Shown here: piece after piece, positions 49,713-59,516 of the stretch
How the letters are laid out: every line of letters begins with the position of its first letter
How positions within the stretch are numbered: position 1 is the stretch's first letter
Source of the DNA: a candidate division WOR-3 bacterium
Lineage (GTDB): Bacteria; Hydrothermota; 32-111
Assembly: GCA_037481815.1 (NCBI GenBank)
Contig: JBBFKX010000001.1
Coordinates: forward strand, 384,001 to 448,000
Length of the DNA stretch: 64,000 nucleotides
Direction of reading: 5' to 3'
Translations under genes and position numbers: made by a program
Notes under the pieces: model-generated
Told to the model about the DNA's origin: nothing
The model's input: the letters and a program-made list of their open reading frames with translations, nothing else
Databases searched by the model: none

Positions 49713-51025
49713 ACTTTTTGTTTAAAGAGAGTTCTTGCTGAATCGAATAGAAGTTCAATTTCTCCTGTTGGGCCATTCCTTTGTTTTGCAACTATCAAAG
49801 TAGCGTCATCAAGGGTGGTACCGGGCTTAAACTTTCTATGTATAAATATAACAACATCAGCATCCTGTTCAATACTCCCTGAATCTCTTATATCGGAGAG
49901 TATCGGTTTTTCCTTTCTCTTTTCGGTTGATCTTGAAAGTTGTGCCAGTGCGATTACAGGGATATGTAGTTCTTTTGCGAGCAATTTCAACGACCTGGAA
50001 ATTTCAGATATTTCAACCTGTTTATTTTCAACTTTTTTATCAAGATGCATCATCTGAATATAATCGATAACTATAAAATCTATCTTCTTATCGAGAACCA
50101 TCCTTCTCGATTTTGCCCTTATATCAAGAGGAGTTCCTTTTGTTGAGTCATCTATATAGATTTCCGATTGAGAGAAATGCTTGTACGCAACAGAAAGATT
50201 GTGAATATCTTCTTTTTTTAAAATTCCCTGTCTTAACGCTGTTCCAGTTATATTCGCATAAGAACACAACATTCTTTGTATCAACTGCTCAGATGTCATT
50301 TCCAGTGAAAATATCAACCCCTTCTTCTTTTCCTCATCAGGATTCGTTTTTACGCATTGGTTGATCAAAATGTTTAAAGCAAAACTTGTTTTTCCAACTC
50401 CAGGTCTTGCCGCGATAACTATAAAATCACCTTTCTGGAAACCTGTTGTCATCTTATCAAGATCTGAAAAGCCGGTTGGAAGACCCGTTACAGGTTCTTT
50501 TCTCGAAATATAGAAATTTATCATTTTTTCAATTTCACCTATTTTTTCAGAGACGGGTACAATATCTGATTTGTATCTTCCCTCTCTAACTTTAAATATC
50601 TCATTTTCAGCCTGTTCAATTATTGTATCAACTTCAAGATCACTTGCACAACTATCACTTATGAGTTTTGCTGTTTTCAAAAGATGTCTTAAAACATAAT
50701 GTTCTTCAACAATCTTTATGTATTCATCTATATGAGGTAAAAGATCAAGTTGATCGACCAGTTTCTGTAAATACTCATCCCCACCAATTTCATTTAAAAT
50801 GTTTTCCCTTTTTAAACGATTCTTCAATGTTACTATATCAACTTTCTCTGAATTGTTGTACATCTTGACTATCGTTGAATATATTTTTCTATTTTCACTG
50901 AAATAAAAATGTTCTTCTTTGAGTTTAGGTATTATATCGTTCAAAATGTTCTGAGCATCAAGTATAATCCCACCAAGAACAGCCATTTCAGCTTCCCTTG
51001 AAAAAAAACTTTTTTCTCTCAACAT
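49709..51025 (-). CDS. dnaB: Replicative DNA helicase
   Basis: EAEMAVLG, AARPGVGKT, FSLEM, IDYIQ, AQLSR, DSGSIEQDAD, KQRNGPTG. Confidence 0.97.
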   Translation of the reverse strand: MLREKSFFSREAEMAVLGGIILDAQNILNDIIPKLKEEHFYFSENRKIYSTIVKMYNNSEKVDIVTLKNRLKRENILNEIGGDEYLQKLVDQLDLLPHIDEYIKIVEEHYVLRHLLKTAKLISDSCASDLEVDTIIEQAENEIFKVREGRYKSDIVPVSEKIGEIEKMINFYISRKEPVTGLPTGFSDLDKMTTGFQKGDFIVIAARPGVGKTSFALNILINQCVKTNPDEEKKKGLIFSLEMTSEQLIQRMLCSYANITGTALRQGILKKEDIHNLSVAYKHFSQSEIYIDDSTKGTPLDIRAKSRRMVLDKKIDFIVIDYIQMMHLDKKVENKQVEISEISRSLKLLAKELHIPVIALAQLSRSTEKRKEKPILSDIRDSGSIEQDADVVIFIHRKFKPGTTLDDATLIVAKQRNGPTGEIELLFDSARTLFKQKV

Positions 51026-51690
51026 AATTGTTCGATCCTCGATTTTAATCTTTTCATATCCTTTGCTATCTGCTCTCTTATGGTTTTCAACCTTTCACCT
51101 TTTGAATGTAAAAGCACTGCCGGGTGATATGTCGCCACAACAGGAATTTCGGAAAAAATGGAAACAAGATCCCGATCCAGATAATCAGCCATTTTTAAAG
51201 ATTTTTCCCCTGTAACTACACTCGCGGCATACCTTCCCAAGGTCAAAATTATTTTTGGTTTTATACTTTCAACCTGTTTTTTAAGAAATGGGAAGCAGTT
51301 TGATATCTGTTCTGGCTCTGGATCAGCGTTTCCTGGAGGTCTGCATTTCAAGATGTTTGCAATAAAAACATCTTTCCTGTTTATACCTATATATTCAAGC
51401 ATTTTGGTCAACTTCTCTCCAGCCCTTCCAACAAAAGGTAAACCTTCTCTATCTTCATCAGCACCAGGGGCTTCCCCGATTATCATAAGTTTTGCATCAA
51501 AGGGCCCTGATCCAAAAACTTTATTTTTTATCGTTTTTTGTATCGGACAACTTCTGCAGTTCAAGACTTCTTCTTTTAAAATCTCCATCGGAGAAACAGA
51601 AAAAATATCCTCGGTTAAAATCAATTTTCTATTATAAAATTTTTTTTCAAACTTTAATATATCAATTATATTTTTTAAAATTTTATCCAT
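51019..51690 (-). CDS. udg: Uracil-DNA glycosylase, family 4 (Fe-S)
   Basis: CRSC, IGEAPG.DED..G.PFVG, KCRPP, TYHPA. Confidence 0.93.
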   Translation of the reverse strand: MDKILKNIIDILKFEKKFYNRKLILTEDIFSVSPMEILKEEVLNCRSCPIQKTIKNKVFGSGPFDAKLMIIGEAPGADEDREGLPFVGRAGEKLTKMLEYIGINRKDVFIANILKCRPPGNADPEPEQISNCFPFLKKQVESIKPKIILTLGRYAASVVTGEKSLKMADYLDRDLVSIFSEIPVVATYHPAVLLHSKGERLKTIREQIAKDMKRLKSRIEQLC

Positions 51691-52829
51691 TCAAAAACCT
51701 TTAAAGCGATTTCAAATTTGTCAAGATCTTCAATTTTTAAAGAACCACCATCTTTTGAAATGATCGTAACGGTTCCTGAAGTTTTCCCCAGATTGTTTTG
51801 ATCATTTATAATTATGTAGTCCAGATTTTTTTCTCTCATTTTTTTCAACCCATTTTCAAGATGATTTTCACTTTCAAGTGCAAACCCAATTTTTATTATT
51901 TTTTTATCTTTATAAGATTTTAAAATATCCTCGCTTGCGTGAAGTTTTAACTCTAAACCATCTTTCTTTTTAATTTTATTTTTGCTAAACTCAGGTTTGA
52001 AATCTGTAACAGCAGCAGCCATAACAAGCATGTCATATTCATCGATTCTCTCATCCAAAATTTTTTTCATATCCTCTGAACTTTCAACCTTTATGTTTTC
52101 AGAAAAATGATAAGGTTTTTCATCGATTCTACCATGAACGAAAAGAATTTTTTCGGCTTTGTTAAAATATGCTGCTTTGGCAAAAGAGAGAGCCATTTTA
52201 CCTGACGAAAGATTTGTCAACACTCTGACAGGATCAACTTTTTCAAAAGTTCCACCACCTGTTATTATTATCTTTTTCCCTTTTAAAACTTCCCCAGGAT
52301 AAAGCAACCTCTTTGTCAAAAGAAAAATCTTTTCGATTTCAGGGAACCTTCCCTTCCCTTCCTCTCCACATGCAAGGAAACCTTCATCGGGTTCCATTAC
52401 AGATATTCCCCTCTCTTTCAACTTTTCTATATTTTCGACAATGGCTTTATTCTCATACATCGTTTTGTTCATCGTTGGAACCACTAAAATCTTCTTGTCA
52501 AAAGAGAGAAAGGTTGTTGAAAGGAGATCATCAGCGATCCCGGAGGCAAATTTACCTATAATGTTTGCTGATGCAGGAGCAACCACAAGTATATCAGCCC
52601 ATCTGCTCAAACTTATATGTTCAGTTGACCATTCATTTTCATCATCGAAAAGTGAAGTGTAAACTTTGTTTTCTGAAAGAGTTCTCAAAGTTAAAGGTGT
52701 AATAAATCTTGCACCGTTAGGAGTAAGTATAACTTTTACCTCATCACCACTCTTTTTGAACTCTCTTATCAGCGAAGCAGATTTGTAAGCAGAAATACAA
52801 CCGGTTATACCTAAAAGGATTTTACTCAT
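51675..52829 (-). CDS. coaBC: Bifunctional PPC decarboxylase / PPC synthetase
   Basis: GITGCISAYK, APASAN, PTMN, LACGEEGKGR, DPVRVLTN.SSGKM, IGFALE. Confidence 0.96.
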   Translation of the reverse strand: MSKILLGITGCISAYKSASLIREFKKSGDEVKVILTPNGARFITPLTLRTLSENKVYTSLFDDENEWSTEHISLSRWADILVVAPASANIIGKFASGIADDLLSTTFLSFDKKILVVPTMNKTMYENKAIVENIEKLKERGISVMEPDEGFLACGEEGKGRFPEIEKIFLLTKRLLYPGEVLKGKKIIITGGGTFEKVDPVRVLTNLSSGKMALSFAKAAYFNKAEKILFVHGRIDEKPYHFSENIKVESSEDMKKILDERIDEYDMLVMAAAVTDFKPEFSKNKIKKKDGLELKLHASEDILKSYKDKKIIKIGFALESENHLENGLKKMREKNLDYIIINDQNNLGKTSGTVTIISKDGGSLKIEDLDKFEIALKVFEWIKF

Positions 52830-53049
52830 AATCTTTTATTCTTTCGTCAAGTAAACCATCGAAGAAATCGTTAAAAGCATCTTTTACAGGTTCATTTTTA
52901 ATAAGATTTGCTGGTTGTTTTTCGTTTTTTGAATTAAAATACAAATAGTTTTCCTGATTGTATTTTTTTGCTCTTTTTGCAATAAGAACAACAGCGAGAT
53001 ACTTGTTTTTCACTTTTTTATAAATCTCATCGATTGGAACAACTTTCAT
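52822..53049 (-). CDS. rpoZ: RNA polymerase omega subunit
   Basis: NKYLAVVLIAKRAK; gmk-rpoZ-coaBC synteny. Confidence 0.85.
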   Translation of the reverse strand: MKVVPIDEIYKKVKNKYLAVVLIAKRAKKYNQENYLYFNSKNEKQPANLIKNEPVKDAFNDFFDGLLDERIKDYE

Positions 53050-53624
53050 CTATATCCTCCTTTTTCTTTTTCTTTTTCTATAATTTCTTTTATACTCTGG
53101 AAAGCTTCATCTATGTTCCTGTTGATAACAGTATATTTAAAATGCTTTGAGAATTCAATCTCTTTTTTTGCATTCTCAAGTCGTAACCTGATATCTTCAA
53201 CTCCATCCCTACTTCTTTTTTTTAGTCGTTCCTCAAGTTCCTCCAAAGAAGGAGGCATTATAAAAATCGAAACAGAATTTGGATATTTTTTCATAATGTT
53301 GATCGCTCCAATAACATCAATATCCATAACAACGATTTTTCCTTTTTCTATCATTTCATCCAAAAATTTTTTTGGTGTTCCATACCTTTTCCCATGAACG
53401 AATGCAGTTTCAGCAAAAAAACCTTCTTTTTCTTTCTGTAAAAACTCCTCCTCGGTCAAAAAATAATAGTCCTTTCCATCGGTTTCACCTTTTCTTTTTT
53501 CCCTTGTTGTCGCTGAAACCGAGTAAACTGTATCTTTGATATTTTCGAGTATCATCTTGCACAAGGTTGTTTTTCCACCACCTGATGGTGATGACAGAAT
53601 AAGTAAAAAACCTTTACTCGACAT
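53046..53624 (-). CDS. gmk: Guanylate kinase
   Basis: SSPSGGGKTT, SVSATTR, GKDYYF, YGTP, FIMPPS. Confidence 0.97.
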   Translation of the reverse strand: MSSKGFLLILSSPSGGGKTTLCKMILENIKDTVYSVSATTREKRKGETDGKDYYFLTEEEFLQKEKEGFFAETAFVHGKRYGTPKKFLDEMIEKGKIVVMDIDVIGAINIMKKYPNSVSIFIMPPSLEELEERLKKRSRDGVEDIRLRLENAKKEIEFSKHFKYTVINRNIDEAFQSIKEIIEKEKEKGGYR

Positions 53625-54429
53625 TAGCTACCTGCTCTTTCATCTTTTCGATTATCTCTTTTATCCTTATAACCTTTTCTATAATTCTTACATCCTCTGA
53701 TTTGGATGAAATCGTATTCGCTTCCCTCTGTAGTTCCTGGAGTATGAATGTTATCGACGAACCCGACTCTTCCTTTTTTAATCTCCTGAGATGAATTTTA
53801 AATCTATCTATCTCTTCTGTGATATCAACCTTATCAGCGTAAAGTATCAACTCATTTTTTAACTGTTCATTGTATTCGCCAAGAAGTTTTTTAAGTTTTT
53901 CTTTTTTTTCTTTTACTATATTTTTCGAAAGGTTTTTGATCGAATTTATGTTTGAATTCAAAATCTTTATATACTGATGGATTATCTTTTTTATCTCCAT
54001 TCCCTCTTCCTCTCTATATTTTATAAACGATGAAAGTGAAAGTTTAAAAAGTTTTACAATTGATAGGAGTGTGTCCCTTTCAACCTTTTTTACAAGTGGT
54101 ATATAGTTTGATACATCAGAATACACAAGAGGCAAAAATTTTTCATATTTCTCCATCCCCATAACTTTCTCAAGTGATTTTATTCTTGTTTCAACAAAAT
54201 TTTGAATGTAATCGCTTGAATAGTTAACAAAAAAATTTACTGAAATGTTTCCTTTTTTAATCTTTTTTGAAATTATTTTTCTAAGGTCATTTTCAAGAGT
54301 TGAAAGTTCGTAAGGTAATTTAAAAGTTGTATTAAGCCCCTTTCCGTTAACAGATCTGATCTCACAGGTAACACTCCCATAACCTTTTATACTCTTTGAA
54401 AGTTTAACATAACCTGTCATACTCTTCAT
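53614..54429 (-). CDS. yicC: YicC/YloC family endoribonuclease
   Basis: KSMTGY, EIRSVN, DITEEIDR, QELQREANTISSK, EQVANVE. Confidence 0.92.
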   Translation of the reverse strand: MKSMTGYVKLSKSIKGYGSVTCEIRSVNGKGLNTTFKLPYELSTLENDLRKIISKKIKKGNISVNFFVNYSSDYIQNFVETRIKSLEKVMGMEKYEKFLPLVYSDVSNYIPLVKKVERDTLLSIVKLFKLSLSSFIKYREEEGMEIKKIIHQYIKILNSNINSIKNLSKNIVKEKKEKLKKLLGEYNEQLKNELILYADKVDITEEIDRFKIHLRRLKKEESGSSITFILQELQREANTISSKSEDVRIIEKVIRIKEIIEKMKEQVANVE

Positions 54430-54869
54430 CAGAACTCCAGAATAAATGTTGCTGGTCCATCGTTTATAAGATGAACTTTCATATATTCGCCAAAACTTCC
54501 CTTTTCAGTTTTTATCCTCTCATTAAATTTTTCATACAGTTTTTCAAAAAGAATCTTTGCTTCCTCATATCGGAGAGAATCATCAAAAGATGGTCTGTTG
54601 CCATCAAAATTCCTGCTTGCAAGTGTGAACTGTGAAACGAGCATGATCTCTCCTTTTACATCATCGATCGATCTGTTGAACTTCCTGTTCTCATCTTCAA
54701 AAATCCGAAAATTTATAACTTTTTTTACAACTTTATCAAAATCTGGTTGATTTTTCAAATCATCCTTTTTGAAACATACAAAAATCAAGAGTCCTCTACC
54801 TATAGATGAAAAAAGTTTTTCTTCTACAAAAATTTTACTTTCCAGAACCCTTTGAATTAAAAGTACCAT
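54429..54869 (-). CDS. dtd: D-aminoacyl-tRNA deacylase
   Basis: IQRV, RIFED, VSQFTL, RPSF, NDGP. Confidence 0.95.
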   Translation of the reverse strand: MVLLIQRVLESKIFVEEKLFSSIGRGLLIFVCFKKDDLKNQPDFDKVVKKVINFRIFEDENRKFNRSIDDVKGEIMLVSQFTLASRNFDGNRPSFDDSLRYEEAKILFEKLYEKFNERIKTEKGSFGEYMKVHLINDGPATFILEF

Positions 54870-55455
54870 TGTAAAGTTCAAAAAATTTTGTGATCAGAAG
54901 ATCAAGGTTGTTATTGGTTTGTGTAGTTATAAGGTTTTTAGATGAAACTATGTCTCTATCTACATACTTAATTTTTATATCTTTTACCTTTTCATACAAA
55001 ACATAGATGTCTGTCATCGTTATATATTTACCATCGGTAACACCAGCTTTTACGAGCAAAACGGGAGCAAAACCTATGGCTATGATAAATTTTTTATTCT
55101 CATCAGAATCTTTTATGAGTTTCAGAAGTTTTCTGTTCTCAATCTCATTTAAAATTCCTTTACCACCAAGTATAACAAGATAATCAAAATCTGAACTTTT
55201 TATGGAGTCAATAGATGTATGTGGTAAAATCTTTTCAAAGGTCTCAGACATACATGTATCGATCTTGTTTGAAAAAGTAAAATAGTTTAAATTCAAAGAA
55301 TCAAAAGTTGAGGTAAATTTAAAATAATCAACATAAGAAAACATTTTTTGTGGAATATATATTGCACCGACTGAATTTTCGATCTTCGAACCGGTCAATG
55401 CGAATAAATTTGTTAAAACAACTAATAAGATTATCATTAAATTTAATTTTTTCAT
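54835..55455 (-). CDS. Exported DJ-1/PfpI family protein lacking catalytic Cys
   Basis: Signal peptide; DFDYLVILGGKG; IIAIGFAP where the family has AIC.AP; NLITT. Confidence 0.75.
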   Translation of the reverse strand: MKKLNLMIILLVVLTNLFALTGSKIENSVGAIYIPQKMFSYVDYFKFTSTFDSLNLNYFTFSNKIDTCMSETFEKILPHTSIDSIKSSDFDYLVILGGKGILNEIENRKLLKLIKDSDENKKFIIAIGFAPVLLVKAGVTDGKYITMTDIYVLYEKVKDIKIKYVDRDIVSSKNLITTQTNNNLDLLITKFFELYNGTFNSKGSGK

Positions 55456-55463
55456 AAAAAATT

Positions 55464-55492
55464 ATTATATTTAATCTTATACAAACAGTCAA
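55464..55492 (-). promoter_or_regulatory. Promoter (near-leaderless) of the long DJ-1-to-ptb gene run
   Basis: TTGACT-N17-TATAAT, 8 nt before ATG, no SD. Confidence 0.7.
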
Positions 55493-55509
55493 GAATTTTT
55501 AAAATAATT

Positions 55510-57354
55510 TTATAAGTCCTCTTCTAAAACTTCTTCTCTTTTATCGCCTCTTAACCTTTTCCTTTCAAGTGATGATAAAATCTTTTTTCTCAATCTTATC
55601 GACTTTGGAGTCACCTCAATCATCTCATCATCTTTAATAAATTCCATCGCCTTTTCCAATGTCATCGGAATCACAGGTGTTAAAACTATTGACTCATCCT
55701 TTGAAACGGATCTCATATTCGATAACCTTTTTTCTTTTGTCGGATTAACGTTAAGATCATTCTCTTTACTGTGTTCTCCAATTATCATTCCCTCGTAAAC
55801 AGGATCGTTTGGGACTATGAAAAGCCTGCCCCTCTCTTCGAGATATGATAAAGCATAAGCAACAGCCCTTCCTTCATTTTCCGAAACGAGTGATCCTGTT
55901 GTTCTTGATGGTATGTCACCTTTATACTCTTCATACCCTTTCAGATAGCCGTTCATAATACCTGTTCCTCTTGTATCAGTAAGGAATTCTGATCTGTAAC
56001 CTATAAGACCCCTTGAAGGGATCATAAATTCTATTCTTACTCTTCCATTGGCATTTGTTGAAAGGTTGTACATAATACCTTTTCTTAAAGATAATTTTTC
56101 TGTGACTATACCAACATATTTATCTTCAGTGTCTATGAATATATGTTCAATAGGTTCAAAAGTTTTTCCATCTTTATATTTGAAAATAACTTTTGGTCTT
56201 CCGACTGTCAGTTCAAACCCCTCTCTTCTCATACTCTCTATCAATATGGATAATTGGAGTTCACCTCTTCCTTTCACTATAAATGTGTTTGGCTCAATCC
56301 CATCTTCAACCTGTATTCCAACATTCTTTAAGGTCTCCTTATTCAATCTTTCTCTCAATTTTCCTGACTGAACATTTATGCCTTCCTTTCCGGCAAGTGG
56401 GGAAGTGTTCACTGTAAAAATCATGGATATCGCTGGTTCATCTATGAATATTCCAGGTAAACTTTGCGGGAAATCTTTGTTACAGATTGTATCGCCGATT
56501 TTTACCTCGTCAACCCCGGCGAGAACTATTATCTCACCACTTTCAACTCCATCCACCTCTTTTATTCTGTTACCTTCATAAACCTGAAGTTTTGTGACGG
56601 TTAAAGGGATAATCTTTTTTTCAGAATTTATACAGACAAGTTGATCGTTTTTCTTCACATTTCCATTAACAACTTTTCCAATAGCTAACCTACCAAGATA
56701 ATCTGAATATGATAGATCACAAACAAGCATCTGGAATATTTCATCATCTTTGTATACTGGAGCTGGGATATAGTTACAGATGGTTTCAAAAAGTGGGGTA
56801 AGATCTTTTGAATCGTCATCAACTCTTCTTTTCGCTATTCCATCTCTACCAATAGCGTATAAAACCGGATAATCGAGTTGTTCATCTGTTGCATCGAGTG
56901 ATATGAAAAGTTCAAATATTTCATCGGAAACTTCTTTAATCCTTGCATCTTTTCTATCAATTTTATTGATAACAACGATAATTTTTAAATTTTTTTCAAG
57001 TGCTTTTTTCAAAACAAACCTTGTTTGAGGTAAAGGACCTTCAGATGCATCAACAAGTAGTATCGCTCCATCAACCATAAAAAGAGCCCTTTCCACTTCA
57101 CTTCCAAAATCAGCGTGCCCTGGAGTATCGATTATATTTATTTTAACATCCTTATAATTTATAGAACAATTTTTTGCAGCAATCGTTATTCCCCTCTCCC
57201 TTTCAAGATCGAGGGAATCCATTATCCTTTCTTCAATCCCATCTCTTACTTTAAACATACCACTCTGTTTAAACATTGAATCAACAAGAGTTGTTTTCCC
57301 ATGATCAACATGAGCGATTATCGCAATGTTTCTGATGTTTTTGTTAAATTTCAT
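55510..57354 (-). CDS. typA: Translational GTPase TypA/BipA
   Basis: RNIAIIAHVDHGKTT, ERERGITI, DTPGHADF, NKID, GRGELQL, EVTPKSIRLRK. Confidence 0.97.
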   Translation of the reverse strand: MKFNKNIRNIAIIAHVDHGKTTLVDSMFKQSGMFKVRDGIEERIMDSLDLERERGITIAAKNCSINYKDVKINIIDTPGHADFGSEVERALFMVDGAILLVDASEGPLPQTRFVLKKALEKNLKIIVVINKIDRKDARIKEVSDEIFELFISLDATDEQLDYPVLYAIGRDGIAKRRVDDDSKDLTPLFETICNYIPAPVYKDDEIFQMLVCDLSYSDYLGRLAIGKVVNGNVKKNDQLVCINSEKKIIPLTVTKLQVYEGNRIKEVDGVESGEIIVLAGVDEVKIGDTICNKDFPQSLPGIFIDEPAISMIFTVNTSPLAGKEGINVQSGKLRERLNKETLKNVGIQVEDGIEPNTFIVKGRGELQLSILIESMRREGFELTVGRPKVIFKYKDGKTFEPIEHIFIDTEDKYVGIVTEKLSLRKGIMYNLSTNANGRVRIEFMIPSRGLIGYRSEFLTDTRGTGIMNGYLKGYEEYKGDIPSRTTGSLVSENEGRAVAYALSYLEERGRLFIVPNDPVYEGMIIGEHSKENDLNVNPTKEKRLSNMRSVSKDESIVLTPVIPMTLEKAMEFIKDDEMIEVTPKSIRLRKKILSSLERKRLRGDKREEVLEEDL

Positions 57355-57383
57355 AAAACCTCTTCTGGAACAGATTAAATTTT

Positions 57384-57854
57384 TTAAATTTTGAAATCCG
57401 GATTTTCAAGTTTTAACAGAAATTCCTTCACTTTAATTTTTCCAGCGAAACCTCTTAAACCACCATCCTTGCCAATGATCCTATGACATGGAATGATTAT
57501 CGGGACGTTGTTCTGTCTTAAAGCATTTCCAACAGCTCTAACCGCTTTTGGATTTCCAACCAACTTTGCTATATCCGAATATGTAGCGGTTTTCCCATAA
57601 GGTATCTTGCAGATTGTTTTCAAAACTTTTTTTTGAAACTCGGTTCCACTGAAAAGAACCTTGATCGAAAAATTTTTTCTTTTCTTTTTGAAATACTGAT
57701 CAAGTTGTTCTAAAACTTTCTTTAAAAGTTCACTTTTATGAGTATTTTTTTTAACTTTTTTTTTGTTAACAAAATCAAGTTTTGTTATAACTCCATCATT
57801 CTCCTCTATAAGTATAAAACCAATTGGGGATTTGTAGTAAACAAAATTTTTCAT
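57384..57854 (-). CDS. ogt: Methylated-DNA-protein-cysteine methyltransferase
   Basis: GTEFQ, IPYGKT, RAVGNA, IPCHR. Confidence 0.95.
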   Translation of the reverse strand: MKNFVYYKSPIGFILIEENDGVITKLDFVNKKKVKKNTHKSELLKKVLEQLDQYFKKKRKNFSIKVLFSGTEFQKKVLKTICKIPYGKTATYSDIAKLVGNPKAVRAVGNALRQNNVPIIIPCHRIIGKDGGLRGFAGKIKVKEFLLKLENPDFKI

Positions 57855-58405
57855 AAAGTATGCTCCATCAAAATTTTTATTCCAATACCGATAAGTATCA
57901 AACCACCTACAAGTTCTGATTTGTTGTTTAAGAGTTTATTGAAGAATCTTCCAAGTATGGTAAACATTAGAGAATCAAAAAATGTTACAATGCCGATTAA
58001 AATGGTCGTTTTTAGAACATCAAAACTTAACAAAGCAAATGATATTCCTACAGCAAGAGAATCTATACTGGTTGCGATAGAAAGTGTTAAAAGAACAAAA
58101 ATTGAATCTGTATCAAAACATTTTTTTTCTTCTCTTTTCAACGATTCATACAACATTTTTCCTCCAACCGAAAGTAAAAGCAAAAAGGCGATCCAGTGAT
58201 CGAAACTACTTATTAGAATCGAAAATCCAAAGCCAACAAAATAACCAATAACAAACATCAACGATTGAAAAAATCCGAAAAAGGCTCCGAGTTTTATCGA
58301 TAGGAGGAATCGACTTCTCTTTTCATTTAAACCACAGACAAGAGAAACAGCGGAAGCATCAAGAGAAAGTCCAAAAGCAACCAAAAGAACAGTTAAAAAA
58401 TTCAT
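57851..58405 (-). CDS. mntP: Manganese efflux pump MntP
   Basis: GLSLDASAVS, FGFFQ, DHWIAF, ATSIDSLAVG, ELVGG.ILI.IG. Confidence 0.9.
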   Translation of the reverse strand: MNFLTVLLVAFGLSLDASAVSLVCGLNEKRSRFLLSIKLGAFFGFFQSLMFVIGYFVGFGFSILISSFDHWIAFLLLLSVGGKMLYESLKREEKKCFDTDSIFVLLTLSIATSIDSLAVGISFALLSFDVLKTTILIGIVTFFDSLMFTILGRFFNKLLNNKSELVGGLILIGIGIKILMEHTL

Positions 58406-59463
58406 ACTTTTTCCTTATCAAGATCTATCAATTTGTAATCTTTTAAACTTTCCCATTTTTTGGGAAATGTTATTATAACCTGCGGATACGACTCAAAGAT
58501 TTCAAGAAGTTTACCTGTTTTAACCTTATCGAGTTCAGAGAAAGCATCATCGATCAGTATAACAGGATATTCCCCTATGTTTTCATAAATAAGGTTCAGC
58601 TCAGCGATCTTCAGAGTTATTCCAAGTAATGTTTTTTCTCCCTCACTTCCAAAATCACTTATCGGTTTTCCTTCAACAGTTATAATTACATCATCAAGGT
58701 GTGGACCAAAAATTGTTCTTCTTTTTTCCTTTTCAAGAGAAAGATTTGATTTAAATTTTTCGAAAAGAGAAATATTTTTAAAATCACCATTATCTTTAGA
58801 GGAAAAATATTTCACATTCACGAGACCTTTTTTTTCAAAAACCTTTTCATACAATCTGTTTAAAAGATCCTCAAAATAAGAGATAAACTCTATTCTTCTT
58901 TCATAAATATACTCAGATTTTTCTGAAAGTTGAAAAGAGTATGTCTCAAGCAACCTTTTATCACCACCCTCTTTAAGAATAAAATTCTTTCTTTTTAAAA
59001 TTGAATGATACTGGATTAGATTTTCAAAATATTCGTTGTCGATAGTTGATATCAATCTATCCATAAATTTTCTTCGATATATAGCCATTCTATCGGAAAG
59101 AAGTTTGTCGTATGTTGAAAAAATTACCGAAATAAAGAAGCCAAAACCTTCGGTTAATTTAACCGATCGATTACCATTTATAGACAAAACTTTTTTGTTG
59201 TCTTTATATAAAAGTCCGATAGAAAAATCCTCCCCTTCTCTTTCTCCTTCAATATTTACAATAAAATGGTCCTCTCCTAACTTTACTATTTTTTTGTCAT
59301 TTCCTGTTCTGAAAGATTTAAAGTTTGTCAAATAGTATATCGCTTCAATAATAGATGTCTTCCCGGAACCGTTCATTCCAGTGATCAAAGTTCTTTTATC
59401 AAAAGAAAAAACTTTACTTGAAAAATTTCGAAAATTAACTATACTTAATTTTTTAATAATCAT
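58402..59463 (-). CDS. recF: DNA replication/repair protein RecF
   Basis: NFRNF, GMNGSGKTS, KSFR, RRKFMD, GPHLDD, GSEGE, LIDDAFSELD. Confidence 0.93.
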   Translation of the reverse strand: MIIKKLSIVNFRNFSSKVFSFDKRTLITGMNGSGKTSIIEAIYYLTNFKSFRTGNDKKIVKLGEDHFIVNIEGEREGEDFSIGLLYKDNKKVLSINGNRSVKLTEGFGFFISVIFSTYDKLLSDRMAIYRRKFMDRLISTIDNEYFENLIQYHSILKRKNFILKEGGDKRLLETYSFQLSEKSEYIYERRIEFISYFEDLLNRLYEKVFEKKGLVNVKYFSSKDNGDFKNISLFEKFKSNLSLEKEKRRTIFGPHLDDVIITVEGKPISDFGSEGEKTLLGITLKIAELNLIYENIGEYPVILIDDAFSELDKVKTGKLLEIFESYPQVIITFPKKWESLKDYKLIDLDKEKV

Positions 59464-59469
59464 TAACAA

Positions 59470-59497
59470 AGATTACCAAAATTTTGTAAAAATTCAA
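59470..59497 (-). promoter_or_regulatory. Putative leaderless recF promoter
   Basis: TTGAAT-N16-TAATCT with extended TG, 6 nt before ATG 59463, no SD. Confidence 0.6.
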
Positions 59498-59516
59498 CTC
59501 CAAAAAGGAGAAAAAG

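Noticed and set aside
49709..51025. Possible intein in DnaB
   Set aside because: Normal length (438 aa) with contiguous helicase motifs.
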